Shown in pieces: positions 24,089-39,000 of a stretch of DNA of 64,000 bases. A program made the position numbers and the translations under genes. The DNA is from Nemertoderma westbladi (Eukaryota > Animalia > Xenacoelomorpha): positions 1 through 64,000 of the forward strand of contig JAUCBJ010001772.1 of NCBI GenBank assembly GCA_032718475.1, read 5' to 3'. The first letter of the stretch is position 1. Each line of letters begins with the position of its first letter. Under the pieces are notes generated by a model. It had not been told where the DNA came from. It did not search any database and worked only from the letters and a program-made list of their open reading frames with translations.

Positions 24089-27000
24089 TCACATCGCGCT
24101 CACTGGTTGGTAGTGTTCCACACGGTCTAATAGTTCATCCGAATATCCAGGGGTGTAGTACCTAATTAATAAATAAATTAATATTACCAAATAAATAAAT
24201 AGTACCAAAATAAATAAATATTTACCAAAATAAATAAATAAAGTAGTACCAAAATAAATAAATAAATATTTACCGTAATATATAATAAATAGTTACCAAA
24301 ATAAACAAATATATACGTAGTACCAAAATATATAATTAAATAGTACCAAAAAAATAAATGAATTAGTCCGGAGTATTATCTAAAAAATTAATAAAAATAA
24401 ATAGTATCGAATATGGAATAATACCAACTGAACACTAGGTCTATTATCTATAAGTTCTATCTATTATTTATAAGTATACATTATCTATGGTCTATAAGCT
24501 TTATTATTAGTAATTATTTATAGCGGTGATGCACTACAACTCTACTCACTTGACTATCTCCTCTGGGTAGCAGTTATTTATAGCAGTGATGTACTACAAC
24601 TCTACTCACTTGACTATCTCCTCCGGGTAGCAGTTATTTATATCAGTGATGCACTACAACTCTACTCACTTGACTATCTCCTCCGGGTAGCAGTTATTTA
24701 TATCAGTGATGCACTACAACTCTACTCATTGACTATCTCCTCTGGGTAGCAGTTATTTATAGCAGTGATGCACTAAACTCTACTCACTTGACTATCTCCT
24801 CCGGGTAGCAGTTATTTATATCAGTGATGCACTACAACTCTACTCACTTGACTATCTCCTCTGGGTAGCAGTTATTTATATCAGTGATGCACTACAACTC
24901 TACTCACTTGACTATCTCCTCCGGGTAGCAGATATTTATATCAGTGATGCACTACAACTCTACTCACTTGACTATCTCCTCCGGGTAGCAGTTATTTATA
25001 TCAGTGATGCACTACAACTCTACTCACTTGACTATCTCCTCCGGGTAGCAGATATTTATATCAGTGATGCACTACAACTCTACTCACTTGACTATCTCCT
25101 CTGGGTAGCAGTTATTTATAGCAGTGATGCACTACAACTCTACTCACTTGACTATCTCCTCTGGGTAGCAGTTATTTATATCAGTGATGCACTACAACTC
25201 TACTCACTTGACTATCTCCTCTGGGTAGCAGTTATTTATATCAGTGATGCACTACAACTCTACTCACTTGACTATCTCCTCCGGGTAGCAGATATTTATA
25301 TCAGTGATGCACTAAACTCTACTCACTTGACTATCTCCTCCGGGTAGCAGTTATTTATATCAGTGATGCACTACAACTCTACTCACTTGACTATCTCCTC
25401 TGGGTAGCAGTTATTTATAGCAGTGATGCACTACAACTCTACTCACTTGACTATCTCCTCTGGGTAGCAGTTATTTATATCAGTGATGCACTAAACTCTA
25501 CTCACTTGACTATCTCCTCCGGGTAGCAGTTATTTATATCAGTGATGCACTACAACTCTACTCACTTGACTATCTCCTCTGGGTAGCAGTTATTTATATC
25601 AGTGATGCACTACAACTCTACTCACTTGACTATCTCCTCTCGGGTAGCAGTTATTTATAGCAGTGATGCACTACAACTCTACTCACTTGACTATCTCCTC
25701 CGGGTAGCAGATATTTATATCAGTGATGTACTACAACTCTACTCACTTGACTATCTCCTCCGGGTAGCAGTTATTTATATCAGTGATGCACTACAACTCT
25801 ACTCACTTGACTATCTCCTCCTGGGTAGCAGTTATTTATAGCAGTGATGCACTACAACTCTACTCACTTGACTATCTCCTCCGGGTAGCAGATATTTATA
25901 TCAGTGATGTACTACAACTCTACTCACTTGACTATCTCCTCTGGGTAGCAGTTATTTATAGCAGTGATGCACTACAACTCTACTCACTTGACTATCTCCT
26001 CCTGGGTAGCAGTTATTTATATCAGTGATGCACTACAACTCTACTCACTTGACTATCTCCTCCTGGGTAGCAGTTATTTATAGCAGTGATGCACTACAAC
26101 TCTACTCACTTGACTATCTCCTCTGGGTAGCAGTTATTTATATCAGTGATGCACTACAACTCTACTCACTTGACTATCTCCTCCGGGTAGCAGTTATTTA
26201 TATCAGTGATGCACTACAACTCTACTCACTTGACTATCTCCTCTGGGTAGCAGTTATTTATATCAGTGATGCACTACAACTCTACTCACTTGACTATCTC
26301 CTCCGGGTAGCAGTTATTTATATCAGTGATGCACTACAACTCTACTCACTTGACTATCTCCTCTGGGTAGCAGTTATTTATAGCAGTGATGCACTAAACT
26401 CTACTCACTTGACTATCTCCTCCGGGTAGCAGTTATTTATATCAGTGATGCACTACAACTCTACTCACTTGACTATCTCCTCTGGGTAGCAGTTATTTAT
26501 AGCAGTGATGCACTACAACTCTACTCACTTGACTATCTCCTCTGGGTAGCAGTTATTTATAGCAGTGATGCACTACAACTCTACTCACTTGACTATCTCC
26601 TCCGGGTAGCAGATATTTATATCAGTGATGTACTACAACTCTACTCACTTGACTATCTCCTCCGGGTAGCAGTTATTTATATCAGTGATGTACTACAACT
26701 CTACTCATTGACTATCTCCTCTGGGTAGCAGTTATTTATAGCAGTGATGCACTACAACTCTACTCACTTGACTATCTCCTCCGGGTAGCAGATATTTATA
26801 TCAGTGATGTACTACAACTCTACTCACTTGACTATCTCCTCCGGGTAGCAGTTATTTATATCAGTGATGTACTACAACTCTACTCACTTGACTATCTCCT
26901 CTGGGTAGCAGTTATTTATATCAGTGATGCACTAAACGCTACTCACTTGACTATCTCCTCCGGGTAGCAGTTATTTATATCAGTGATGCACTACAACTCT

Positions 27001-30000
27001 ACTCACTTGACTATCTCCTCTACTGGGTAGCAGTTATTTATAGCAGTGATGCACTACAACTCTACTCACTTGACTATCTCCTCCGGGTAGCAGATATTTA
27101 TATCAGTGATGCACTACAACTCTACTCACTTGACTATCTCCTCTACTGGGTAGCAGTTATTTATAGCAGTGATGTACTACAACTCTACTCACTTGACTAT
27201 CTCCTCTGGGTAGCAGTTATTTATAGCAGTGATGTACTACAACTCTACTCACTTGACTATCTCCTCTGGGTAGCAGTTATTTATATCAGTGATGCACTAC
27301 AACTCTACTCACTTGACTATCTCCTCTGGGTAGCAGTTATTTATAGCAGTGATGCACTAAACTCTACTCACTTGACTATCTCCTCTGGGTAGCAGTTATT
27401 TATATCAGTGATGCACTAAACGCTACTCACTTGACTATCTCCTCCGGGTAGCAGTTATTTATATCAGTGATGCACTACAACTCTACTCACTTGACTATCT
27501 CCTCTGGGTAGCAGTTATTTATAGCAGTGATGTACTACAACTCTACTCACTTGACTATCTCCTCTGGGTAGCAGTTATTTATATCAGTGATGCACTAAAC
27601 GCTACTCACTTGACTATCTCCTCCGGGTAGCAGTTATTTATATCAGTGATGCACTACAACTCTACTCACTTGACTATCTCCTCTGGGTAGCAGTTATTTA
27701 TATCAGTGATGTACTACAACTCTACTCATTGACTATCTCCTCCGGGTAGCAGTTATTTATATCAGTGATGCACTACAACTCTACTCACTTGACTATCTCC
27801 TCTACTGGGTAGCAGTTATTTATAGCAGTGATGCACTACAACTCTACTCACTTGACTATCTCCTCCGGGTAGCAGATATTTATATCAGTGATGTACTACA
27901 ACTCTACTCATTGACTATCTCCTCCGGGTAGCAGTTATTTATATCAGTGATGCACTACAACTCTACTCACTTGACTATCTCCTCTACTGGGTAGCAGTTA
28001 TTTATAGCAGTGATGCACTACAACTCTACTCACTTGACTATCTCCTCCGGGTAGCAGATATTTATATCAGTGATGTACTACAACTCTACTCACTTGACTA
28101 TCTCCTCTGGGTAGCAGTTATTTATATCAGTGATGTACTACAACTCTACTCATTGACTATCTCCTCCGGGTAGCAGTTATTTATATCAGTGATGCACTAC
28201 AACTCTACTCACTTGACTATCTCCTCTACTGGGTAGCAGTTATTTATAGCAGTGATGCACTACAACTCTACTCACTTGACTATCTCCTCCGGGTAGCAGA
28301 TATTTATATCAGTGATGTACTACAACTCTACTCACTTGACTATCTCCTCTGGGTAGCAGTTATTTATAGCAGTGATGCACTAAACTCTACTCACTTGACT
28401 ATCTCCTCTGGGTAGCAGTTATTTATATCAGTGATGTACTACAACTCTACTCATTGACTATCTCCTCCGGGTAGCAGTTATTTATATCAGTGATGCACTA
28501 CAACTCTACTCACTTGACTATCTCCTCTACTGGGTAGCAGTTATTTATAGCAGTGATGCACTACAACTCTACTCACTTGACTATCTCCTCCGGGTAGCAG
28601 ATATTTATATCAGTGATGTACTACAACTCTACTCACTTGACTATCTCCTCTGGGTAGCAGTTATTTATATCAGTGATGTACTACAACTCTACTCATTGAC
28701 TATCTCCTCCGGGTAGCAGTTATTTATATCAGTGATGCACTACAACTCTACTCACTTGACTATCTCCTCTACTGGGTAGCAGTTATTTATAGCAGTGATG
28801 CACTACAACTCTACTCACTTGACTATCTCCTCCGGGTAGCAGATATTTATATCAGTGATGTACTACAACTCTACTCACTTGACTATCTCCTCTGGGTAGC
28901 AGTTATTTATAGCAGTGATGCACTAAACTCTACTCACTTGACTATCTCCTCCGGGTAGCAGATATTTATATCAGTGATGTACTACAACTCTACTCACTTG
29001 ACTATCTCCTCTGGGTAGCAGTTATTTATAGCAGTGATGCACTACAACTCTACTCACTTGACTATCTCCTCTACTGGGTAGCAGTTATTTATAGCAGTGA
29101 TGCACTACAACTCTACTCACTTGACTATCTCCTCCGGGTAGCAGATATTTATATCAGTGATGTACTACAACTCTACTCACTTGACTATCTCCTCTGGGTA
29201 GCAGTTATTTATAGCAGTGATGCACTACAACTCTACTCACTTGACTATCTCCTCCGGGTAGCAGTTATTTATATCAGTGATGTACTACAACTCTACTCAC
29301 TTGACTATCTCCTCTGGGTAGCAGTTATTTATATCAGTGATGCACTACAACTCTACTCACTTGACTATCTCCTCTGGGTAGCAGTTATTTATAGCAGTGA
29401 TGCACTAAACTCTACTCACTTGACTATCTCCTCTGGGTAGCAGTTATTTATATCAGTGATGCACTAAACGCTACTCACTTGACTATCTCCTCCGGGTAGC
29501 AGTTATTTATATCAGTGATGCACTACAACTCTACTCACTTGACTATCTCCTCTGGGTAGCAGTTATTTATAGCAGTGATGTACTACAACTCTACTCACTT
29601 GACTATATCCTCTGGGTAGCAGATATTTATATCAGTGATGTACTAAACTCTACTCACTTGACTATATCCTCTGGGTAGCAGATATTTATATCAGTGATGT
29701 ACTACAACTCTACTCACTTGACTATCTCCTCTGGGTAGCAGTTATTTATAGCAGTGATGTACTACAACTCTACTCACTTGACTATCTCCTCTACTGGGTA
29801 GCAGTTATTTATAGCAGTGATGCACTACAACTCTACTCACTTGACTATCTCCTCCGGGTAGCAGATATTTATATCAGTGATGTACTACAACTCTACTCAC
29901 TTGACTATCTCCTCTGGGTAGCAGTTATTTATATCAGTGATGTACTACAACTCTACTCATTGACTATCTCCTCCGGGTAGCAGTTATTTATATCAGTGAT

Positions 30001-33000
30001 GCACTACAACTCTACTCACTTGACTATCTCCTCTACTGGGTAGCAGTTATTTATAGCAGTGATGCACTACAACTCTACTCACTTGACTATCTCCTCCGGG
30101 TAGCAGATATTTATATCAGTGATGTACTACAACTCTACTCACTTGACTATCTCCTCTGGGTAGCAGTTATTTATAGCAGTGATGTACTACAACTCTACTC
30201 ACTTGACTATCTCCTCTGGGTAGCAGTTATTTATATCAGTGATGCACTACAACTCTACTCACTTGACTATCTCCTCTGGGTAGCAGTTATTTATAGCAGT
30301 GATGCACTAAACTCTACTCACTTGACTATCTCCTCTGGGTAGCAGTTATTTATATCAGTGATGCACTAAACGCTACTCACTTGACTATCTCCTCCGGGTA
30401 GCAGTTATTTATATCAGTGATGCACTACAACTCTACTCACTTGACTATCTCCTCTGGGTAGCAGTTATTTATAGCAGTGATGTACTACAACTCTACTCAC
30501 TTGACTATCTCCTCTGGGTAGCAGTTATTTATATCAGTGATGCACTAAACGCTACTCACTTGACTATCTCCTCCGGGTAGCAGTTATTTATATCAGTGAT
30601 GCACTACAACTCTACTCACTTGACTATCTCCTCTGGGTAGCAGTTATTTATAGCAGTGATGTACTACAACTCTACTCACTTGACTATCTCCTCTGGGTAG
30701 CAGTTATTTATATCAGTGATGCACTAAACGCTACTCACTTGACTATCCCCTCCGGGTAGCAGTTATTTATATCAGTGATGCACTACAACTCTACTCACTT
30801 GACTATCTCCTCTGGGTAGCAGTTATTTATAGCAGTGATGCACTACAACTCTACTCACTTGACTATCTCCTCTGGGTAGCAGTTATTTATATCAGTGATG
30901 CACTACAACTCTACTCACTTGACTATCTCCTCTGGGTAGCAGTTATTTATATCAGTGATGCACTACAACTCTACTCACTTGACTATCTCCTCTGGGTAGC
31001 AGATATTTATATCAGTGATGTACTACAACTCTACTCACTTGACTATCTCCTCTGGGTAGCAGTTATTTATAGCAGTGATGCACTACAACTCTACTCACTT
31101 GACTATCTCCTCTGGGTAGCAGTTATTTATATCAGTGATGCACTACAACTCTACTCACTTGACTATCTCCTCTGGGTAGCAGTTATTTATATCAGTGATG
31201 CACTAAACTCTACTCACTTGACTATCTCCTCTGGGTAGCAGTTATTTATATCAGTGATGTACTACAACTCTACTCACTTGACTATCTCCTCTGGGTAGCA
31301 GTTATTTATATCAGTGATGCACTAAACGCTACTCACTTGACTATCTCCTCCGGGTAGCAGTTATTTATATCAGTGATGCACTACAACTCTACTCACTTGA
31401 CTATCTCCTCTGGGTAGCAGTTATTTATAGCAGTGATGCACTAAACTCTACTCACTTGACTATCTCCTCTGGGTAGCAGTTATTTATATCAGTGATGCAC
31501 TAAACGCTACTCACTTGACTATCTCCTCCGGGTAGCAGTTATTTATATCAGTGATGCACTACAACTCTACTCACTTGACTATCTCCTCTGGGTAGCAGTT
31601 ATTTATAGCAGTGATGTACTACAACTCTACTCACTTGACTATATCCTCTGGGTAGCAGATATTTATATCAGTGATGTACTAAACTCTACTCACTTGACTA
31701 TATCCTCTGGGTAGCAGATATTTATATCAGTGATGTACTACAACTCTACTCACTTGACTATCTCCTCTGGGTAGCAGTTATTTATAGCAGTGATGTACTA
31801 CAACTCTACTCACTTGACTATCTCCTCTACTGGGTAGCAGTTATTTATAGCAGTGATGCACTACAACTCTACTCACTTGACTATCTCCTCCGGGTAGCAG
31901 ATATTTATATCAGTGATGTACTACAACTCTACTCACTTGACTATCTCCTCTGGGTAGCAGTTATTTATATCAGTGATGTACTACAACTCTACTCATTGAC
32001 TATCTCCTCCGGGTAGCAGTTATTTATATCAGTGATGCACTACAACTCTACTCACTTGACTATCTCCTCTACTGGGTAGCAGTTATTTATAGCAGTGATG
32101 CACTACAACTCTACTCACTTGACTATCTCCTCCGGGTAGCAGATATTTATATCAGTGATGTACTACAACTCTACTCACTTGACTATCTCCTCTGGGTAGC
32201 AGTTATTTATAGCAGTGATGTACTACAACTCTACTCACTTGACTATCTCCTCTGGGTAGCAGTTATTTATATCAGTGATGCACTACAACTCTACTCACTT
32301 GACTATCTCCTCTGGGTAGCAGTTATTTATAGCAGTGATGCACTAAACTCTACTCACTTGACTATCTCCTCTGGGTAGCAGTTATTTATATCAGTGATGC
32401 ACTAAACGCTACTCACTTGACTATCTCCTCCGGGTAGCAGTTATTTATATCAGTGATGCACTACAACTCTACTCACTTGACTATCTCCTCTGGGTAGCAG
32501 TTATTTATAGCAGTGATGTACTACAACTCTACTCACTTGACTATCTCCTCTGGGTAGCAGTTATTTATATCAGTGATGCACTAAACGCTACTCACTTGAC
32601 TATCTCCTCCGGGTAGCAGTTATTTATATCAGTGATGCACTACAACTCTACTCACTTGACTATCTCCTCTGGGTAGCAGTTATTTATAGCAGTGATGTAC
32701 TACAACTCTACTCACTTGACTATCTCCTCTGGGTAGCAGTTATTTATATCAGTGATGCACTAAACGCTACTCACTTGACTATCCCCTCCGGGTAGCAGTT
32801 ATTTATATCAGTGATGCACTACAACTCTACTCACTTGACTATCTCCTCTGGGTAGCAGTTATTTATAGCAGTGATGCACTACAACTCTACTCACTTGACT
32901 ATCTCCTCTGGGTAGCAGTTATTTATATCAGTGATGCACTACAACTCTACTCACTTGACTATCTCCTCTGGGTAGCAGTTATTTATATCAGTGATGCACT

Positions 33001-36000
33001 ACAACTCTACTCACTTGACTATCTCCTCTGGGTAGCAGATATTTATATCAGTGATGTACTACAACTCTACTCACTTGACTATCTCCTCTGGGTAGCAGTT
33101 ATTTATAGCAGTGATGCACTACAACTCTACTCACTTGACTATCTCCTCTGGGTAGCAGTTATTTATATCAGTGATGCACTACAACTCTACTCACTTGACT
33201 ATCTCCTCTGGGTAGCAGTTATTTATATCAGTGATGCACTAAACTCTACTCACTTGACTATCTCCTCTGGGTAGCAGTTATTTATATCAGTGATGTACTA
33301 CAACTCTACTCACTTGACTATCTCCTCTGGGTAGCAGTTATTTATATCAGTGATGCACTAAACGCTACTCACTTGACTATCTCCTCCGGGTAGCAGTTAT
33401 TTATATCAGTGATGCACTACAACTCTACTCACTTGACTATCTCCTCTGGGTAGCAGTTATTTATAGCAGTGATGCACTACAACTCTACTCACTTGACTAT
33501 CTCCTCTGGGTAGCAGTTATTTATATCAGTGATGCACTACAACTCTACTCACTTGACTATCTCCTCTGGGTAGCAGTTATTTATAGCAGTGATGCACTAC
33601 AACTCTACTCACTTGACTATCTCCTCTGGGTAGCAGTTATTTATATCAGTGATGCACTACAACTCTACTCACTTGACTATCTCCTCTACTGGGTAGCAGT
33701 TATTTATAGCAGTGATGTACTACAACTCTACTCACTTGACTATCTCCTCTGGGTAGCAGTTATTTATATCAGTGATGCACTAAACTCTACTCATTGACTA
33801 TCTCCTCTGGGTAGCAGTTATTTATATCAGTGATGCACTACAACTCTACTCACTTGACTATCTCCTCTGGGTAGCAGTTATTTATAGCAGTGATGCACTA
33901 CAACTCTACTCACTTGACTATCTCCTCTGGGTAGCAGTTATTTATATCAGTGATGCACTAAACTCTACTCATTGACTATCTCCTCTGGGTAGCGATTATT
34001 TATATCAGTGATGCACTACAACTCTACTCACTTGACTATCTCCTCTGGGTAGCAGTTATTTATAGCAGTGATGCACTACAACTCTACTCACTTGACTATC
34101 TCCTCTGGGTAGCAGTTATTTATATCAGTGATGCACTACAACTCTACTCACTTGACTATCTCCTCTGGGTAGCAGTTATTTATATCAGTGATGCACTAAA
34201 CTCTACTCACTTGACTATCTCCTCTGGGTAGCAGTTATTTATATCAGTGATGCACTACAACTCTACTCACTTGACTATCTCCTCTGGGTAGCAGTTATTT
34301 ATAGCAGTGATGCACTACAACTCTACTCACTTGACTATCTCCTCTGGGTAGCAGTTATTTATATCAGTGATGCACTACAACTCTACTCACTTGACTATCT
34401 CCTCCGGGTAGCAGTTACTTATATCAGTGATGCACTACAACTCTACTCACTTGACTATCTCCTCTGGGTAGCAGTTATTTATAGCAGTGATGCACTACAA
34501 CTCTACTCACTTGACTATCTCCTCTGGGTAGCAGTTATTTATAGCAGTGATGCACTACAACTCTACTCACTTGACTATCTCCTCTGGGTAGCAGTTATTT
34601 ATATCAGTGATGCACTACAACTCTACTCACTTGACTATCTCCTCTGGGTAGCAGTTATTTATAGCAGTGATGTACTCAGCCAGAGCGCTCCCCGGCTCAG
34701 AGTTGATTTCCTGGACTTTCTTCAGACCCCCGCTGGTAACAAATAGCCGTCTCGCCTTTGGATCGTGTGGCAATACCTGCATTTATTATTATATAAGGGT
34801 GAGTTTTACATCTATAATAAATTTTTGTGAGACGAAGTTCTAGTGGGACATGGTTTCCTCGTGTTTCGCGCTGTTATGTACAGACAGACCGTTCTATATA
34901 ATGTATTGTGTGTCAGGTAATCATCTGGGGTGAGCCACGCACCTTGCTGAACTGTGCGACAACGTGTTTGAGTATATTAGGAGGGGCGTCCCGTAACAAT
35001 GGCTCCAGAGAAGGTAAGTGGACGCACTTCTGTAAAATATTCTTCAACGCCGTCTTTGACTTCTCCTATAAAACATACAAATACATATGTAGCAACAATT
35101 TAATTATTATTCTATTTTATGAACTATATTGAAAGAATAGGAATAAAATACAATTTCCATTAATTTAATTGCTCATTACTTTTCTAGGTAAAGAAAATTC
35201 GTGTTGTAACAGTTAAGGATTTTATTGAATTCATTTTAAGGGATTTTAATATTCGCTGCTTTCAAACTACTCATAAATTTACGACTGAAAATTATAGAGA
35301 TTTGATGCAAACGATTTTTTAAGCATACATAATTGCACAGCAGACAAACCCATATAAATAATACCATGTAAGGCAGCTAGTTGAGTTAAAGCAGTAAGCA
35401 TTGTCGTCAGCGAATGACAACAGATTATTCTAAAAATGGAAAATATAAAAAAAAATTAAAATAGAAAACTAACTACAGTTTCTAACAATCTGGCGCATTT
35501 TAATTAAAAAAAAAAAAAAAAAAACACGGGACGTTATAGGAACCCTGTCGTTAGAGCCTCGGTTTTTCAATCGGAAGGTGGTGATTTCGAGTCCCACCAT
35601 GGAGCAGTTAACTATAAGGAACTAGCTTCAGCCTCCCTAGCTGTGGTGGCTGGAATATGTTAGGGGAGTAAAAAATTGTTACATAATGAGAGTATTGGAC
35701 CTTGGGAGTTGGTGTGGCACCATCCCTGCCTTACAGGTATCGGCCAAGAGAGAGGAGTTTATGTGTTTCAGTTCACCAATAACTATACGTTACTGGTTGC
35801 CAAGTAACCTAGACGGGTTGCTTAGCGACCTACCTGCAGATCCTCCGATGCGTCCGCCCGTAGGTAGCACGCCAGTAACCTAGGCAACACGTTAGCGGCG
35901 GCCACGGCCTTGGCGTGTTCCGGAGTATGGCGACCGATCTGTCCGAGCCCCCAAGCGGCCGATCCCTGAACATGGTCTTCAGTCTCCTCCATTAGGGTAA

Positions 36001-39000
36001 TGGCGAGTTGTTGGACGCCCTGGAAATGATTTCACATTGCAAATAACCAAAACAATAAACACCATCGACCTTACATATTAGCAAACTTACCTTCGATAAA
36101 ATAAACTTACCTTAGATACAATAAACTAACCCTAGATACAATAAACTTACCTTAGATACAATAAACTTACCTTAGATACAATAAACTTACCATAGAATAA
36201 ATAAACTTACCTTAGATACAATAAACTTACCTTAGATACAATAAACTTACCTTAGATACAATAAACGTACCTTAGATACAATAAACTTACCTTAGATACA
36301 ATAAACTTACCTTAGATACAATAAACTTACCTTAGATACAATAAACTTACCTTAGATACAATAAACTTACCTTAGATACAATAAACTTACCTTAGATACA
36401 ATAAACTTACCTAGATACAATAAACTTACCTTAGATACAATAAACTTACCTTAGATACAATAAACTTACCGTAGATACAATAAACTTACCTTAGATACAA
36501 TAAACTTACCTTAGATACAATAAACTTACTTTAGATACAATAAACTTACCTTGGATAAAATAAACTTACCTTAGATACAATAAAGTTACCTTAGATACAA
36601 TAAACTTACCTTAGATACAATAAACTTACCTTAGATACAATAAACTTACCTTAGATACAATAAACTTACTTTAGATACAATAACCTTACCTTAGATACAA
36701 TAAACTTACCCTAGATACAATAAAGTTACCTTAGATACAATAAACTTACCTTAGATACAATAAACTTACCTTAGATACAATAAACTTACCTTAGATACAA
36801 TAAACTTACTTTAGATACAATAAACTTACCTTAGATACAATAAACTTACCTTAGATACAATAAACTTACCTTAGATACAATAAACTTACCTTAGATACAA
36901 TAAACTTACATTAGATACAATAAACTTAACTTAGATACAATAAACTTACCTTAGATACAATAACTTACCTTAGATACAATAAACTTACCTTAGATACAAT
37001 AACTTACCTTAGATACAATAAACTTACCATAGAATGAATAAACTTACCTTAGATACAATAAACTTACCTTAGATACAATAACTTACCTTAGATACAATAA
37101 ACTTACCATAGAATGAATAAACTTACCTTAGATACAATAAACTTACCTTAGATACAATAAACCTCCCATAGAATAAATAAACTTACCTTAGATACAATAA
37201 ACTTACCTTAGATACAATAAACTTACCATCGAATAAATAAACTTACCTTAGATACAATAAACTTACCATAGAATAAATAAACTTACCTTAGATACAATAA
37301 ACTTACCTTAGATACAATAAACTTACCTTAGATACAATAAACTTACCTTAGATACAATAACTTACCTTAGATACAATAAACTTACTTTAGATACAATAAA
37401 CTTACCTTAGATACAATAAACTTACCTTAGATACAATAAACTTACCTTAGATACAATAAACTTACCTTAGATACAATAAACTTACATTAGATACAATAAA
37501 CTTACCTTAGATACAATAAACTTACCTTAGATACAATAACTTACCTTAGATACAATAAACTTACCTTAGATACAATAACTTACCATAGAATCAATAAACT
37601 TACCTTAGATACAATAAACTCACCTTAGATACAATAACTTACCTTAGATACAATAAACTTACCATAGAATGAATAAACTTACCTTAGATACAATAAACTT
37701 ACCTTAGATACAATAAACTTACCATAGAATAAATAAACTTACCTTAGATACAATAAACTTACCATAGAATAAATAAACTTACCTTAGATACAATAAACTT
37801 ACCTTAGATACAATAAACTTACTTTAGATACAATAAACTTACCCTAGATACAATAAAGTTACCTTAGATACAATAAACTTACCTTAGATACAATAAACTT
37901 ACCCTAGATACAATAAAGTTACCTTAGATACAATAACTTACCTTAGATACAATAAACTTACCATAGAATGAATAAACTTACCTTAGATACAATAAACTTA
38001 CCTTAGATACAATAAACTTACCTTAGATACAATAAACGTACCTTAGATACAATAAACTTACGATAGAATAAATAAACTTACCTTAGATACAATAAACTTA
38101 CCTTAGATACAATTAACTTACCTTAGATACAATAAACTTACCTTAGAGAAAATAAACTTACCTTGATATACAATAAACTTACCTTAGATACAATAAACGT
38201 ACCTTAGATACAATAAAGTTACCTTAGATACAATAAACTTACCTTAGATACAATAAACTTACCCTAGATACAATAAAGTTACCTTAGATACAATAACTTA
38301 CCTTAGATACAATAAACTTACCATAGAATGAATAAACTTACCTTAGATACAATAAACTTACCTTAGATACAATAAACTTACCTTAGATACAATAAACGTA
38401 CCTTAGATACAATAAACTTACGATAGAATAAATAAACTTACCTTAGATACAATAAACTTACCTTAGATACAATTAACTTACCTTAGATACAATAAACTTA
38501 CCTTAGAGAAAATAAACTTACCTTGATATACAATAAACTTACCTTAGATACAATAAACGTACCTTAGATACAATAAACTTACCTTAGATACAATAAACTT
38601 ACCTTAGATACAATAAACTTACCTTAGATACAATAAACTTACCCTAGATACAATAAACTTACCTTAGATACAATAAACTTACCTTAGATACAATAAACGT
38701 ACCTTAGATACAATAAACTTACCATAGAATAAATAAACTTACCTTAGATACAATAAACTTACCTTTACAATTAACTTACCTTAGATACAATAAACGTACC
38801 TTAGATACAATAAACTTACCATAGAATAAATAAACTTACCTTAGATGCAATAAACTTACCTTAGATACAATTAACTTACCTTAGATACAATAAACTTACC
38901 TTAGAGACAATAAACTTACCTTGAGATACAATAAACTTTCCTTAGATACAATAAACTTACCATAGAATAAATAAACTTACCTTAGATACAATAAACTTAC

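Noticed and set aside
25602-26429. Plus-strand repetitive ORFs (VAVIYISDALQLYSLDYLL)
   Set aside because: They are antisense readings of the 60-bp array, broken by frequent 1-bp indels.
24514-34630. Translation of the exon-8 copies as an expanded protein repeat
   Set aside because: An in-frame TGA follows the donor immediately. The 16-nt spacers are far below normal animal intron size, and 44 nt is not a multiple of 3.
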